From IMG/VR virus record IMGVR_UViG_3300024239_000011, positions 479,036 through 543,035 of that record: a stretch of 64,000 nucleotides of DNA, one strand, 5' to 3'. Positions 44,644 through 54,927 of this stretch are shown piece after piece. Numbering within the stretch: position 1 is the first letter of the stretch; each line of letters opens with the position of its first letter. The position numbers and the translations under genes are program-made. The notes under the pieces were generated by a model. That model did not search any database and was not told where the DNA came from. It saw only the letters and a program-made list of their open reading frames with translations.

Positions 44644-44709
44644 ATCAATTCCCCTTGAACGATGGTTCGCGATACTATGTCATACAGACATGAAAAAGTC
44701 AAACCTCGG

Positions 44710-45858
44710 TTAGACCCAGGCGATTTGATCCAAGCTTTCAACGGTTTCCGCGATCCGTTTCATTTCCGCAGGCAGAGTATCCAATCCGGTGAATACCGAA
44801 CGGTGAATGAAGTCGGCTTTCTTTTCAATATCATCGAGTTGATGCGAATGTTTGGCGTGGTTCCACGCATCCAGACGAACTGCCCAGGTCACAAGGACGG
44901 TTCCCATGTGTTTATGGCATTCGTTGATCAAATCGACCAGATCGTGGAACAACTGCATGTCCACGTTTGTCCAAATGCTGGTTAGATTGCGTTCAAACCC
45001 GTCCAAAATCTGTTCAACTTGCAACAGACTTTCGCGCATCGTGAACAACACTTCCATGTACATCCGCTCGAAATTGGGGATGCGCTTCACGTCTTTCATT
45101 TTCGGCTTGAGAAGCGCCAACTCTTTCATGAATTGGCGCAGGCTCTTGCTGATGGCGTGTTGGTGGTATTGCTTGTAATACGCGATGGACAGGAATTTCT
45201 CACCGAACTCATCAAGGATGTCACTGACTTCCGTCAGGCTTTTGGACCCGAAGCGTTCCTGCATCAGTTGGCAGTTCTCGGTGATTTTCTGACGGGTGGC
45301 GGGGTCCGACCCCAATTCGGCAGCCTTTAGCCGTTCCACCAGACTCATGCGAGTGTGCGGGAGATCGACCTTCAAACCGTCAAACAGGGCTTCAAGCAAC
45401 GGATCGGTAAAATGGACCGTGTACCGGGCAAGATAGAATTGGGTTTCCGCCGACAAGCGGAACACCGTTTCATCAAAATTAACCGGCGCCGCGAGGACAC
45501 CAGCATCCACCAGCTTCCGGAATGTTTCCTTCAAGCTGCTGCGGAGAGTGTAGGGATCAAACGCCGGGATTGTCGCCAATTGGTTCAACACCGCCCGGTC
45601 GTGATCACTGATCTCGTAGACCTTGTGAATTTCCGGGATCGGTCGGAGCATCACCGTATCGGGGTGATTATGCTTCCCTTGCTCGCGGTAAAACTCAACC
45701 TGAACTCGGTCAGTGTAACGATAGTCGCCACCAATAACCAGCGAGCATTTACGAAGCTGGGAATTCTGGATGATCATCGGGAAATGGCTCAAATCGAGCC
45801 GAAAAAGCGAATCGGCTCGATTTGGCGGGAATACAGCGTCGGCGGTTAGGAGAGACAT
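44710..45858 (-). CDS. Hypothetical helical protein
   Basis: 382 aa ORF. Confidence 0.7.
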   Translation of the reverse strand: MSLLTADAVFPPNRADSLFRLDLSHFPMIIQNSQLRKCSLVIGGDYRYTDRVQVEFYREQGKHNHPDTVMLRPIPEIHKVYEISDHDRAVLNQLATIPAFDPYTLRSSLKETFRKLVDAGVLAAPVNFDETVFRLSAETQFYLARYTVHFTDPLLEALFDGLKVDLPHTRMSLVERLKAAELGSDPATRQKITENCQLMQERFGSKSLTEVSDILDEFGEKFLSIAYYKQYHQHAISKSLRQFMKELALLKPKMKDVKRIPNFERMYMEVLFTMRESLLQVEQILDGFERNLTSIWTNVDMQLFHDLVDLINECHKHMGTVLVTWAVRLDAWNHAKHSHQLDDIEKKADFIHRSVFTGLDTLPAEMKRIAETVESLDQIAWV

Positions 45859-45872
45859 GGACGAAGCTTATA

Positions 45873-47276
45873 TCAGTCTTCGTTCTCATTCTCTAGTTTT
45901 TCTACCAGCGAGCCACGCTGAATGGTCGTCTGTTTGATGTCGTTGTAAACTTCATGTTTGGTTATGGTGCCATCCAGACGTACCCACTGCCCGAACGCCA
46001 TTTTCGTGAACGGTTCGGCGGCATCGTAGCTCGCCCACCAAGTCAGGTGGCATCCGTCGCGGGTGACGAACTTCAGCAGGTATTTCGGGAACTGTCCGTC
46101 GAACAGCTTGCGGAAGGTCAGCTTGGCTTCGAAGCCCTGCGACTTCCAGGCATCGCCCTTTTTGACCCACTTCAAACGCTCACCGATCTTACCGATCCAC
46201 TCGGAAGTCTTTTGCGCATTCTTCGCGGCAAGCGCCGCCTCTTTCTTCTTTTCCTGATCGGCGCGGTACCATTCCTGATGCTTCAGGTACGCGGCGATGA
46301 TGTATGCGGCGATACCATAATGCTTCCACTCAAGTGCGTCTTGCTTGGCAATGAGTTGCATGTTGTAGTCGAGGTCTGTCTTCGGCTTGATATTCTTCGC
46401 CCATTCAATGGCGTCCGTCGCCATCTGAATATCTTCGGCGGTCGGATTGACGGCTTTCGCCTTCTCTTCCTTACCGCTCGGGAACATGTTCTGGGTTGCC
46501 CGCACGGACGTGGGCGTATCCGCCAGCAAGCTGTGCTGGAATTTGTATTGCCTAGTCGCTTCGTCAAACGACTTTTCCATGTTCTCGTCGTTTTTCGCGG
46601 CATTCTGCTGAGCCTGCGATTTCGACAGCCAGCCGTGCAAGCGAATCATCGCCGCGACGTGGGTCATGAAGGTGACGAAATCGGTCTTATGCTTCAGATA
46701 CCCACCGCTGCTCATGCTTTCGTCGTCGTCCATTTCCGATTTAAGGTCATGGATATACGAGGCATAGTTCAGCAGCATCTTGGGATCGACGTTCCCCAGA
46801 AAGTCTTTGAGGCATTGACGCCCGATTTGCTTGATTTCCCCGGTCTGGATGTTGCGCAGCAGGAAAGTGTTCGCGCGGTACCGTTTGGCAGCGCAATGGT
46901 CACAATCCGGCGGGCACGTGCGGTATTTGTCCGGGATGTTGGCTTCTTTGCCGGGTACCGTGCGAATGACATTACCGCCGTTGATGTGATCCAGGGAGGC
47001 GAGCAATTCCCAGCCAGCCAGCTTGGGCGATTCGCCTTCGACCTTGACCTTAAACCACAACCGGCTGCGGTTTCTGCCGTCTACTTTCTCGGTGCGCCAT
47101 TCTTCGCCCAGCTTGATCAACTGGATCAGGGGCAGCCCAAGTTTCTTGGCTTTCCGGTTCAGCTTGTCGATGCGGTCGTGCAAACGCCACCAATTCTCAG
47201 CGGGAATCTCACGCTCATTGGTGAGTTCGCCCCCGTGGGAGTTTTGGCTGTCGTCGTTGATTTCATCGATCCGCAT
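45873..47276 (-). CDS. Hypothetical protein with Zn site and C-terminal OB-like region; capsid-targeting-like N-terminus
   Basis: CDHC...CLKDF; MRIDEI; both a late box (47295-47300) and a sigma70 promoter (47346-47318). Confidence 0.75.
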   Translation of the reverse strand: MRIDEINDDSQNSHGGELTNEREIPAENWWRLHDRIDKLNRKAKKLGLPLIQLIKLGEEWRTEKVDGRNRSRLWFKVKVEGESPKLAGWELLASLDHINGGNVIRTVPGKEANIPDKYRTCPPDCDHCAAKRYRANTFLLRNIQTGEIKQIGRQCLKDFLGNVDPKMLLNYASYIHDLKSEMDDDESMSSGGYLKHKTDFVTFMTHVAAMIRLHGWLSKSQAQQNAAKNDENMEKSFDEATRQYKFQHSLLADTPTSVRATQNMFPSGKEEKAKAVNPTAEDIQMATDAIEWAKNIKPKTDLDYNMQLIAKQDALEWKHYGIAAYIIAAYLKHQEWYRADQEKKKEAALAAKNAQKTSEWIGKIGERLKWVKKGDAWKSQGFEAKLTFRKLFDGQFPKYLLKFVTRDGCHLTWWASYDAAEPFTKMAFGQWVRLDGTITKHEVYNDIKQTTIQRGSLVEKLENENED

Positions 47277-47379
47277 GTGAACATCCTTTTGGGATATTTA
47301 TTCCCAGATCGTTAGGCACAATACAACCCAGTGGTTGTTATGTCAAGTAGTGGCAGCGTTATATTTGCTAAATACCTCC

Positions 47380-47853
47380 ATGATTTTAGAGCAACACAAC
47401 AAAATTGCGTTTGATTTTGACGACACGTTAATTAACGGTGTTGGTGCTGCCGCAATTCAAGAATACATCCTCGCCAATCCGCATAAGATGTATTGGATCG
47501 TAACCTTTAGGACACCGCGTGAAGCAGTCACTATAGCGGACGAATTGGCGCGTTTCAGTGATCTAACTATGGATATGTTTGAGCGAATTTATCCATGCCC
47601 GGAGCGCACAGTGATGGATTGGAAATTGGTTCAGCAAGAACGCAAAGCGGCTGGTCTTTCCAGCCCAGAACTTACCTATGTGGAAAGTTTGTTTCCAGAG
47701 GAACTGAAGTTCGTACACTGGAAAGCATATGTGTGTTCTCGTATTGGAGCATCGGTTCTTGTAGACGACATGAAGCGGCTGGTATATCCAGGCTGCGAAC
47801 GCTACAAGATAGCCTATGCTCACCCGAATGAATTGAGCATGGTTACTGCCTAA
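47380..47853 (+). CDS. HAD-like hydrolase
   Basis: FDFDDTL motif I, IVTFR, LVDD; late box 47369-47374. Confidence 0.6.
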   Translation: MILEQHNKIAFDFDDTLINGVGAAAIQEYILANPHKMYWIVTFRTPREAVTIADELARFSDLTMDMFERIYPCPERTVMDWKLVQQERKAAGLSSPELTYVESLFPEELKFVHWKAYVCSRIGASVLVDDMKRLVYPGCERYKIAYAHPNELSMVTA

Positions 47854-47897
47854 CAAATAAAATGACTTGAGCGCGTGCCTCATGGTATCGCTCGATT

Positions 47898-48422
47898 ATG
47901 ACGACAGAACACAGCCATATCCCCACCTACGAAATCCTCAAAACACTTGAAGATTCGCGTCGTGATGCAGTCCTCGCCTTCCATGACGAGTATGCTTATC
48001 TGATGCATCTTGCTAAGGGTAGTTCCCATAACCATCAAGCTTGGGAAGGTGGTTATATCGACCACATTGGCGAATGCCTGAATATTGCTTCGCGCTGTTA
48101 CAGCGCACTTGAGCAAATTCGAAGCCCACTGCCATTCACGTTCGCCTCGGCAGCGTATGTCTTGTACTTCCACGACATTGAGAAAATCTTCAAGTACACG
48201 ACTGGCGAGGACATCGATAAGGACGAATGGTACACCCGCATTCTTCCCGACCGAGGCATCGTGTTTACCGCCCAGGAGCTAAACGCCTTGGAATACGCCC
48301 ACGGCGAGGTTCACGATCACAGCAAGACTGAGCGGAAGATGAATGAGTTGGCCGCGTTCTGTCACAGTTGCGACGTTTTGTCCGCCCGCATGTGGTGGGA
48401 CAAGGGAAGAGGTTTAGCCTGA
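47898..48422 (+). CDS. HD-domain phosphohydrolase
   Basis: HQAWEGGYIDH...YFHDIEK...AHGE...CDVLSAR. Confidence 0.75.
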   Translation: MTTEHSHIPTYEILKTLEDSRRDAVLAFHDEYAYLMHLAKGSSHNHQAWEGGYIDHIGECLNIASRCYSALEQIRSPLPFTFASAAYVLYFHDIEKIFKYTTGEDIDKDEWYTRILPDRGIVFTAQELNALEYAHGEVHDHSKTERKMNELAAFCHSCDVLSARMWWDKGRGLA

Positions 48423-48694
48423 TGCCAGTTTCATATACCGAAGAACAAGAAGCCGTCCGCGACATGCGGGAGCTTGATGACCTTTTGGGCGACATTGATT
48501 TTGGTCGCTGCGAAGGGGTGAGGCTACGTTCATTGAACCACACCAGTTGGAGCAATGACGTGGAAATCACGTTGATGTACACCGACCATATCACCAAGCT
48601 CATTGAGCTTGCCAAGAAGCTTTCGACCCACTGCGAGTCGTTACTGGAAGTGGTCGAGGAAGCTAACGACGAACTTGAGTCGCGGGATGAGTGA
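48422..48694 (+). CDS. Hypothetical protein
   Basis: Coupled start MPVSYTEE. Confidence 0.55.
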   Translation: MPVSYTEEQEAVRDMRELDDLLGDIDFGRCEGVRLRSLNHTSWSNDVEITLMYTDHITKLIELAKKLSTHCESLLEVVEEANDELESRDE

Positions 48695-48875
48695 CGACAA
48701 GTACATCACATGCGAACACTGCGGCGCATTCGTTTACACCGGACTTCGGCAACCTGAGGGGACTGAGGCTGAGATCGAGGAATGGTGGGACGATATCGGC
48801 GCTGAAAGTTGGTGCCCGGTATACGGGGAATTCCGTCATATAATTACACATGGGCACCGACCGTGTGAGGCATGA
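48687..48875 (+). CDS. Small Zn-binding protein
   Basis: MSDDKYITCEHCG. Confidence 0.5.
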   Translation: MSDDKYITCEHCGAFVYTGLRQPEGTEAEIEEWWDDIGAESWCPVYGEFRHIITHGHRPCEA

Positions 48876-49072
48876 TGAATCAGCAAACTCCCACTCCATC
48901 ATGGATAGCATTGGATGACATGCCAAAGATGCCCCGCGCATCGTATCCAGGGCATCGGCACGCTGAACTCGGCGTTGACCATGGTAATTTGCAGTGGCAT
49001 CCCGCCGAACCACCAGCGTATTGGGGTCCGTGGATCGAACCTACTGTTCCGCCGGAATATCTGAACACGTAG
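48872..49072 (+). CDS. Small hypothetical protein
   Basis: ATGA-coupled; ends at a terminator. Confidence 0.5.
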   Translation: MMNQQTPTPSWIALDDMPKMPRASYPGHRHAELGVDHGNLQWHPAEPPAYWGPWIEPTVPPEYLNT

Positions 49073-49075
49073 CGA

Positions 49076-49108
49076 AATGGGGAGCCTTTGGCTCCCCATT
49101 CTCTTTTA
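49076..49108. terminator. Bidirectional terminator
   Basis: AATGGGGAGC/GCTCCCCATT. Confidence 0.75.
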
Positions 49109-49690
49109 TTCGCCGTAGATGTCGAAGACCTGACGAACCTGATCTTCCCAGAACTGCACGAGTTCCTGATCGGTGATGTCGATGGTTTCGTCCCCGTTGA
49201 GGAACTTCATGCGGTACGCCCACTTGAGGAACTGGAAGCGCGGCATACCGCCGTTCTTGTACACGACGATGACGCTGGCGAACACGCCGTGTTCCTTGAA
49301 GCTCTTGGTCGAAACTTCACCGAGCAGCCCGCCCATGATGCGGCGGTGATTGGTCATGCGGTGGTTCAACCCCAGCGCCGCCATCAATTCGCCGTAGATC
49401 AGCTTTTCACCCTTCTTCGCCGCCGCAAGAACCAGTTCTTCGACCTGGGTCATGGTCGGGATGATCTTCTTCTGGCGTTCCTGATACGCCAGGAGCGACG
49501 CGGCGCTGATCAGCTTCCACGATTGCTCATCATCACCTTCGATGGTGATTTCCTCGATGTCGCCGCTCTGAACCATGTTGGTAATCTGCTGATTACTCAC
49601 ACCGATCATGGTGGCAACCAGGGTGCGTGGAACGCCCGCGAACGACGCCGGGTTGGTCTTCAGACCGTCGATATAAGACTCGATTTGCAT
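49106..49690 (-). CDS. Putative HTH DNA-binding protein
   Basis: RTLVATMIGVSNQQITNMVQSG HTH-like segment; second winged-helix-like region; RBS AAGGAG. Confidence 0.55.
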   Translation of the reverse strand: MQIESYIDGLKTNPASFAGVPRTLVATMIGVSNQQITNMVQSGDIEEITIEGDDEQSWKLISAASLLAYQERQKKIIPTMTQVEELVLAAAKKGEKLIYGELMAALGLNHRMTNHRRIMGGLLGEVSTKSFKEHGVFASVIVVYKNGGMPRFQFLKWAYRMKFLNGDETIDITDQELVQFWEDQVRQVFDIYGE

Positions 49691-49874
49691 GGTAGCATAT
49701 CTCCTTCGTTGTGCCTGTCATCGTATTTATCTTAGATGGTTTACACTTGTCAACTATCAAGTCCGGTTTGACCCTAGGCACGAAAAAGCCACCAAACCCA
49801 AGGGCTGGGTTTGTCCCTCTTGCGTTTCACCATAAACGGATAAATACTGCTTTAAGATGATTGAGGGCATTAGT

Positions 49875-50411
49875 ATGAAGGTACAAGAGATCATCACTGA
49901 GTGGAGTGGTTCCGGGGCGGTTCCCGCATCTGAAATCCAAGGCGTGCTGAATCTTGCCATGCTTGATGCGGGTGATTTGGTTGTAGTCAGTTGGAAACCA
50001 TTTGTGACCACAGATGGTCATCACGCCCTATACAAGAATCCCACGGTCGATTATCTCGTCAAGGGGTTGGTTGATCGGTTTCTAGGGTCATCGGCGGAAG
50101 ATGTTATGGTGGCATCGACCGTTTGGAGTTCGGACACGTCCGTTCTTGGTATCCTCAAATTCATTCAGCAACATGCCCAGAACAAGAAGGGTATCGATCC
50201 GCGTACCATTCAAGTCAACACTAAAGGTTATTCTATCGATAAGCTGTCAATGTTCTGGTGGAATGGTATCGTTTTTCTGGTGATTAAAGACATCACGGGA
50301 AACCGAATGTATGGCGGACCAAGAGATACCCACTACACGATTTACGCCGCGCCGGATAAAAACTACAAAGCCCCGGCAGTAAATGGCGAAGAAGTACCCG
50401 CTTCATCTTGA
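49875..50411 (+). CDS. Putative capsid-packaged protein (MKVQEIITE)
   Basis: Late box 49841-49846. Confidence 0.6.
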   Translation: MKVQEIITEWSGSGAVPASEIQGVLNLAMLDAGDLVVVSWKPFVTTDGHHALYKNPTVDYLVKGLVDRFLGSSAEDVMVASTVWSSDTSVLGILKFIQQHAQNKKGIDPRTIQVNTKGYSIDKLSMFWWNGIVFLVIKDITGNRMYGGPRDTHYTIYAAPDKNYKAPAVNGEEVPASS

Positions 50412-50469
50412 CAACGGCTGGAAGTTCCCGGTAAGTTAGGACGAATCTACGTCCCATATCGAGGAACTG

Positions 50470-53274
50470 ATGTCCGACAATTTTAACGTCCTGCTGCCGA
50501 AGACTGCTTTCCCACTCCACCGCAAGCCTGCGGATGAGGTGGCAATCCTCGTGCAGATGGAAACTCACCACAAGGACATGAGCCAGGACAGCGTTCAGGA
50601 CGCCCCGGTGTTTGTGTTGCATGATGGACCGCCATATGCAAACGGCGATATCCACATCGGGCATGCGCTGAACAAGATTCTCAAGGACATCGTGGTTCGG
50701 TCGCAATACGCACTCGGGCACAAGATTGATTTTCGCCCTGGTTGGGATTGCCATGGGCTACCTATCGAATGGAAAGTCGAGGAAGAGTGGCGCAAGGCGA
50801 AGAAAGACCCGCGTGCTGACGTGGTGGCTTTTCGTGCCGATTGCCGCGCTTACGCTCAACGTTGGCTCAATATTCAGCGCGAGCAGTTCAAGCGTCTGGG
50901 TGTTGCCGCCAATTGGGACAATCCCTACACAACCATGGCGTATGCGCACGAAGCGCAGATCGTTTCGGAACTGCACACGATTGCCAAGAGTGGCGCATTG
51001 TATCAGGGTTACAAACCCGTTATGTGGTCGCCGGTCGAAAAAACCTCTTTGGCGGAAGCTGAAGTCGAATACGAGAACGTGACCACTACCAGCGCCTATG
51101 TCGCCTTTAAGGTCGATGGCGAGGGAATGACGATCTGTGGTTCGCCCGTCCATATGCTGATCTGGACCACCACCCCGTGGACCCTGCCTGGAAACGAAGC
51201 TGTCGCGTTCTCGCCATCGGTTTATTACACGATGCTTCGCAAGGTCGTGGATGGTGAAACGTCCTACTTCGTCGTGGCGGCTGACCGTGCCGACGAATTG
51301 TGTAAGCTTGGTCTGGACAGATTCGGGGATGACTCGTGGTTGCCAAATTGTGGCTCTTGGTTCCGCGACAATATCAAATTAGTCCACCCGCTGTCTGGTA
51401 AGACCGTGCCTCTACTGCCTGCGGATTTTGTGACCGCCGAAACGGGCACGGGTTTGGTTCATATCGCGCCCGGTCATGGCAAAGATGATTTTGACCTGGG
51501 TCAGCGTCACAACCTCCCGATCTACAGTGTTGTTGATGACAACGGCTGCATGACGGACGCTGCCCCGGAAGGTGTGTGCGGGTTGCACGTCTACAAGGCG
51601 AGCGAAGCCGTGCTGGCGGTATTAGGTGATGCGCTGGTAGCAACCAAGACGCTGACCCATGAATACCCGCATTCCTGGCGGTCGAAGAAGCCGGTGATCT
51701 ATAAGGTCGCCCCGCAGTGGTTCATCCATGTGGGTGACGACCTGAAGGAAACCGTGCGTAAGGAACTGAATAACGTCGAGTTCTTCCCGCCGCAGGGTCG
51801 CAACCGTATCACCTCCATGGTGGAAAGCCGTGGTGACTGGTGTGTGTCGCGTCAGCGCATGTGGGGCGTTCCCATGATGCTGCTGGTCCGTGATGACGGT
51901 AAGTTGATGGGTCATGAACCCGACGACAATGCCTTGTGTCGAGGGATCGAATTCTTTGAGGCGCGAGCTTCGGAGTTCAATGAGTGGGTGGTGGCTCGCA
52001 TCAACGCCGAGGGCTGTGATTGGTGGCTCACCGAGAGCGTCGAAGAAATCACCCATCGCATGAACGTCGAAACTGGCAGCGGGTGGTTCCTGGCGGGTGA
52101 GCATGCTCGGTTCACCAAGGTGACCGACGTGTTGGACGTGTGGTTTGACTCGGGCTGCACCCATGCGTTCGCCATCAAGGATCGGGCAAATCTTTATCTG
52201 GAAGGGTCTGACCAGCATCGTGGTTGGTTCCAGTCCAGCCTTCTGGAGTCGGTGCTGACCACCGGGCGGGCGCCTTACGATGCGCTGCTGACCCACGGTT
52301 TCGTTCTCGACCATAAGGGCGAGAAGATGTCGAAATCCAAGGGTAACGTCGTACATCCCGAAGATGTGATCAAAAAGCACGGTGTTGATGTGCTGCGTCT
52401 ATGGGTTGCCGCGTCCAACTACCATGATGATCTGCGTATCGGTGATCAGATCATGGAACGGGTGGCGGATTCCTATAAGCGCATTCGCAACACCCTGAAA
52501 TGGTTGCTTGGCAATCTGCGAGATCATGACGGTGGGCGTTTCATCCAGTACGACACCCTACCGTCGCTGGAAAAGTACGTCCTGCATCACGTTGTGACGA
52601 CGAACGAAATCGTGAAGAAGGCGTATCGCGAATACGACTTCAACACGGTCTACCGTGCCGTGTACGGGTTCTGCAACGAGGTGCTGTCGTCGCTCTACTT
52701 CGACATCCGTAAGGATCGTCTGTATTGCGACGGTGCGAATGATCCAGCGCGTGAGCAAACTATGGCGGTGTTGGAACTGGTGACCGACAATCTGTTGGGT
52801 TGGTTGGCTCCGATCACGCCGTTTGCCGTTACCGAAGCGACGCCGCTGTTCTATGGCGAGCAGTACGACCAGTCCATCCATCGTTTGGTTGACCTTCCTA
52901 TGGAATGGCAAGATCACGCACTTGCGTCCCATTGGGACATGGCGTTGACGGTGCGTGCGAAGGTTTTGGAGGCGGTTGAACGCAAACGGAAGCCGAAGGA
53001 CGAGCGTGGACCTGATGACATTGGTGCGTCGTTGGAAGCTTCGGTATTCGCAACGCTGAGCCAAAATTACATGGATGCGCTAAAAGACATCGATATGGCG
53101 GAAGTGTGCATCGTGTCGCACTTCGATGTGAACAGGTCGGTAGGTGCGCAGCCCGAAGGCATCGAGATCACAGTCCACCGCGCTAAGGGGCACAAATGTG
53201 CCCGATGCTGGAAGGTGGTTCCGGATATTGAACATCTTTGTGATCGCTGTGCGGCGGTCGAAGGGGAGAATTGA
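50470..53274 (+). CDS. ileS: Isoleucyl-tRNA synthetase (type 1, C-terminal Zn finger)
   Basis: DGPPYANGDIHIGH, GWDCHGLPIE, WTTTPWTL, GTGLVHIAPGHG, DWCVSRQR, EGSDQHRGWF, KMSKS, KCARCW..LCDRC; sigma70 promoter at 50408. Confidence 0.97.
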   Translation: MSDNFNVLLPKTAFPLHRKPADEVAILVQMETHHKDMSQDSVQDAPVFVLHDGPPYANGDIHIGHALNKILKDIVVRSQYALGHKIDFRPGWDCHGLPIEWKVEEEWRKAKKDPRADVVAFRADCRAYAQRWLNIQREQFKRLGVAANWDNPYTTMAYAHEAQIVSELHTIAKSGALYQGYKPVMWSPVEKTSLAEAEVEYENVTTTSAYVAFKVDGEGMTICGSPVHMLIWTTTPWTLPGNEAVAFSPSVYYTMLRKVVDGETSYFVVAADRADELCKLGLDRFGDDSWLPNCGSWFRDNIKLVHPLSGKTVPLLPADFVTAETGTGLVHIAPGHGKDDFDLGQRHNLPIYSVVDDNGCMTDAAPEGVCGLHVYKASEAVLAVLGDALVATKTLTHEYPHSWRSKKPVIYKVAPQWFIHVGDDLKETVRKELNNVEFFPPQGRNRITSMVESRGDWCVSRQRMWGVPMMLLVRDDGKLMGHEPDDNALCRGIEFFEARASEFNEWVVARINAEGCDWWLTESVEEITHRMNVETGSGWFLAGEHARFTKVTDVLDVWFDSGCTHAFAIKDRANLYLEGSDQHRGWFQSSLLESVLTTGRAPYDALLTHGFVLDHKGEKMSKSKGNVVHPEDVIKKHGVDVLRLWVAASNYHDDLRIGDQIMERVADSYKRIRNTLKWLLGNLRDHDGGRFIQYDTLPSLEKYVLHHVVTTNEIVKKAYREYDFNTVYRAVYGFCNEVLSSLYFDIRKDRLYCDGANDPAREQTMAVLELVTDNLLGWLAPITPFAVTEATPLFYGEQYDQSIHRLVDLPMEWQDHALASHWDMALTVRAKVLEAVERKRKPKDERGPDDIGASLEASVFATLSQNYMDALKDIDMAEVCIVSHFDVNRSVGAQPEGIEITVHRAKGHKCARCWKVVPDIEHLCDRCAAVEGEN

Positions 53275-53275
53275 T

Positions 53276-53455
53276 ATGGTCAAGTTTTTGATTGTTGGTT
53301 TGCCGGTGATTCTGGTGTACCTGTTGATTGGCGTGTACATGCAGCGTGGTCAGCAGGTTAAGGTTACCACCATTTTCAAGGTGATCGGTTGGCCGTTCCT
53401 GTTGGCGGACAAGGCGGTGTTGCCTGAAAAGAAGGATAACAAGCCTAATGCCTAG
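53276..53455 (+). CDS. Small membrane protein
   Basis: MVKFLIVGLPVILVYLLIGVY. Confidence 0.55.
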   Translation: MVKFLIVGLPVILVYLLIGVYMQRGQQVKVTTIFKVIGWPFLLADKAVLPEKKDNKPNA

Positions 53456-53993
53456 GGAAGAAATCGTCCTGGCGGACTCTGGTTGGCAACAACTCCGGGT
53501 GATTAATCACCCGGAGGCTGGGGTGGAAAACTATTCTTATTGCCGCGAATCCAAGGCAGGCGGTAAGGGGGTTGCGGTTCTTCCGTTCCGATGGAAGAAA
53601 AACAGCCTACATGCACTGGAATTTCTCATTCGCTCCGAGTTCAACCCGCCGTGGTCTACCGAAGAAAACTTCTGGACATGCGTAACGGGCATGGTCGATC
53701 CTGGCGAAGTACCGGATCATGCGGCAATTCGTGAACTGCTTGAAGAAACCGGCTACGATGCGCCGTGGGAGCAATTCGTACCACTGGGTTGGATGTTCTC
53801 CAATAAAGGGTCCGATACGATCACCCACATGTATGGCGTTGATCTAACGGGGCTGGAAGCTGGTGACATTACGGGCGATGGTTCGTTGCACGAGCAAAAA
53901 GCATTCAATCAGTGGGTTGATGAACGTGAAATGTTCGAGAAGGTTCAGCATGCACTTGTTTTGGCACTTTACGCCAAACTGAAGGCTGCTTAA
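53448..53993 (+). CDS. NUDIX hydrolase
   Basis: GMVDPGEVPDHAAIRELLEETGY Nudix box. Confidence 0.9.
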   Translation: MPREEIVLADSGWQQLRVINHPEAGVENYSYCRESKAGGKGVAVLPFRWKKNSLHALEFLIRSEFNPPWSTEENFWTCVTGMVDPGEVPDHAAIRELLEETGYDAPWEQFVPLGWMFSNKGSDTITHMYGVDLTGLEAGDITGDGSLHEQKAFNQWVDEREMFEKVQHALVLALYAKLKAA

Positions 53994-54012
53994 TTCAGAG
54001 AGGAAAACTGTT

Positions 54013-54258
54013 ATGGGTCTCGTTGATAAGTTGATTAAAGCCGGTGAAATGGTCGTGGATCATGCCGCCGAAAAGGTAAGCGAAGCGGTTGTCGAGGCAG
54101 CCAAGATTGCCGAAGAAGTTGCAAAAACCGCCGAGGAATACGGCGATAAGATTGGGGATGTTGCCATCGAAGTCGCTCAGATGGTGACCGGGAAACCCGC
54201 CGAGGTTGAACCCAGCGAGCAAAAGCCCGACCCCGACGATCAGCCCCCGTCCACCTAA
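54013..54258 (+). CDS. Small acidic hypothetical protein
   Basis: RBS GAGG; AEEVAKTAEE-type helical repeats. Confidence 0.6.
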   Translation: MGLVDKLIKAGEMVVDHAAEKVSEAVVEAAKIAEEVAKTAEEYGDKIGDVAIEVAQMVTGKPAEVEPSEQKPDPDDQPPST

Positions 54259-54336
54259 TAATTCAATCTGATTATTGACTATCCCACTGTTATCGGGTAC
54301 TCTTCAACGAGTAAACCTGTTAGCAGTGGGATAGTC

Positions 54337-54915
54337 ATGTCTGGATTGATTAATGAATTTATTCGTCGCGTGGATGCAGTCAACCCGGACAAAGGGTTGT
54401 TCAACCTCGACCGACGCATCATCAAGATTGGCGAAGAAGCCGGTGAGGTATTCGAGGCATACTTGAATACCACCAGTCAGCGTAACGGTAAGGGTAAGAC
54501 CTGGGCGGACGTACTGGAAGAACTGGTGGATTGTGCCATTGTGGTTGCTGACACCGGCAAAACCCCGGTAACGACTGCCAATCGCGCGTTTTTCGTGGAT
54601 ACCGACCGTATTGATACCGTGACGGTTGGTGCCAACGAAATCACTTCCGGAAGAATTCGCGCCATTTTCACACTGCTTACGCGGGTCAACGATGCATATG
54701 ATTGGGCGTTGGAAGCGGAAGCACTCCCGAACAATACGGGTGGTGCGTGGCGTCACTTCGATACCGAATGCGAGAACCTTTTCATGCACCTTCTGGGGAT
54801 GATTCGTTCCCTCGCTGATGAAGAGGAAATCTTAGCGGAACTCGACCGTAAGTTGCTGAAGTGGGTGACTAATATGAACAAGATGCCCACCAATGAGCGG
54901 GAAAACGATGTATAA
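54337..54915 (+). CDS. MazG-like protein
   Basis: KIGEEAGEVFEAY...LEELVDCAI. Confidence 0.7.
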   Translation: MSGLINEFIRRVDAVNPDKGLFNLDRRIIKIGEEAGEVFEAYLNTTSQRNGKGKTWADVLEELVDCAIVVADTGKTPVTTANRAFFVDTDRIDTVTVGANEITSGRIRAIFTLLTRVNDAYDWALEAEALPNNTGGAWRHFDTECENLFMHLLGMIRSLADEEEILAELDRKLLKWVTNMNKMPTNERENDV

Positions 54916-54927
54916 CGGGAGGATGAC

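Noticed and set aside
45954-47315. 453-aa plus-strand ORF; similarly 41027-41923, 57984-59006, 61342-62397, 32861-33679
   Set aside because: Antisense shadows of GC3-rich genes: no RBS or promoter and no recognisable motifs.
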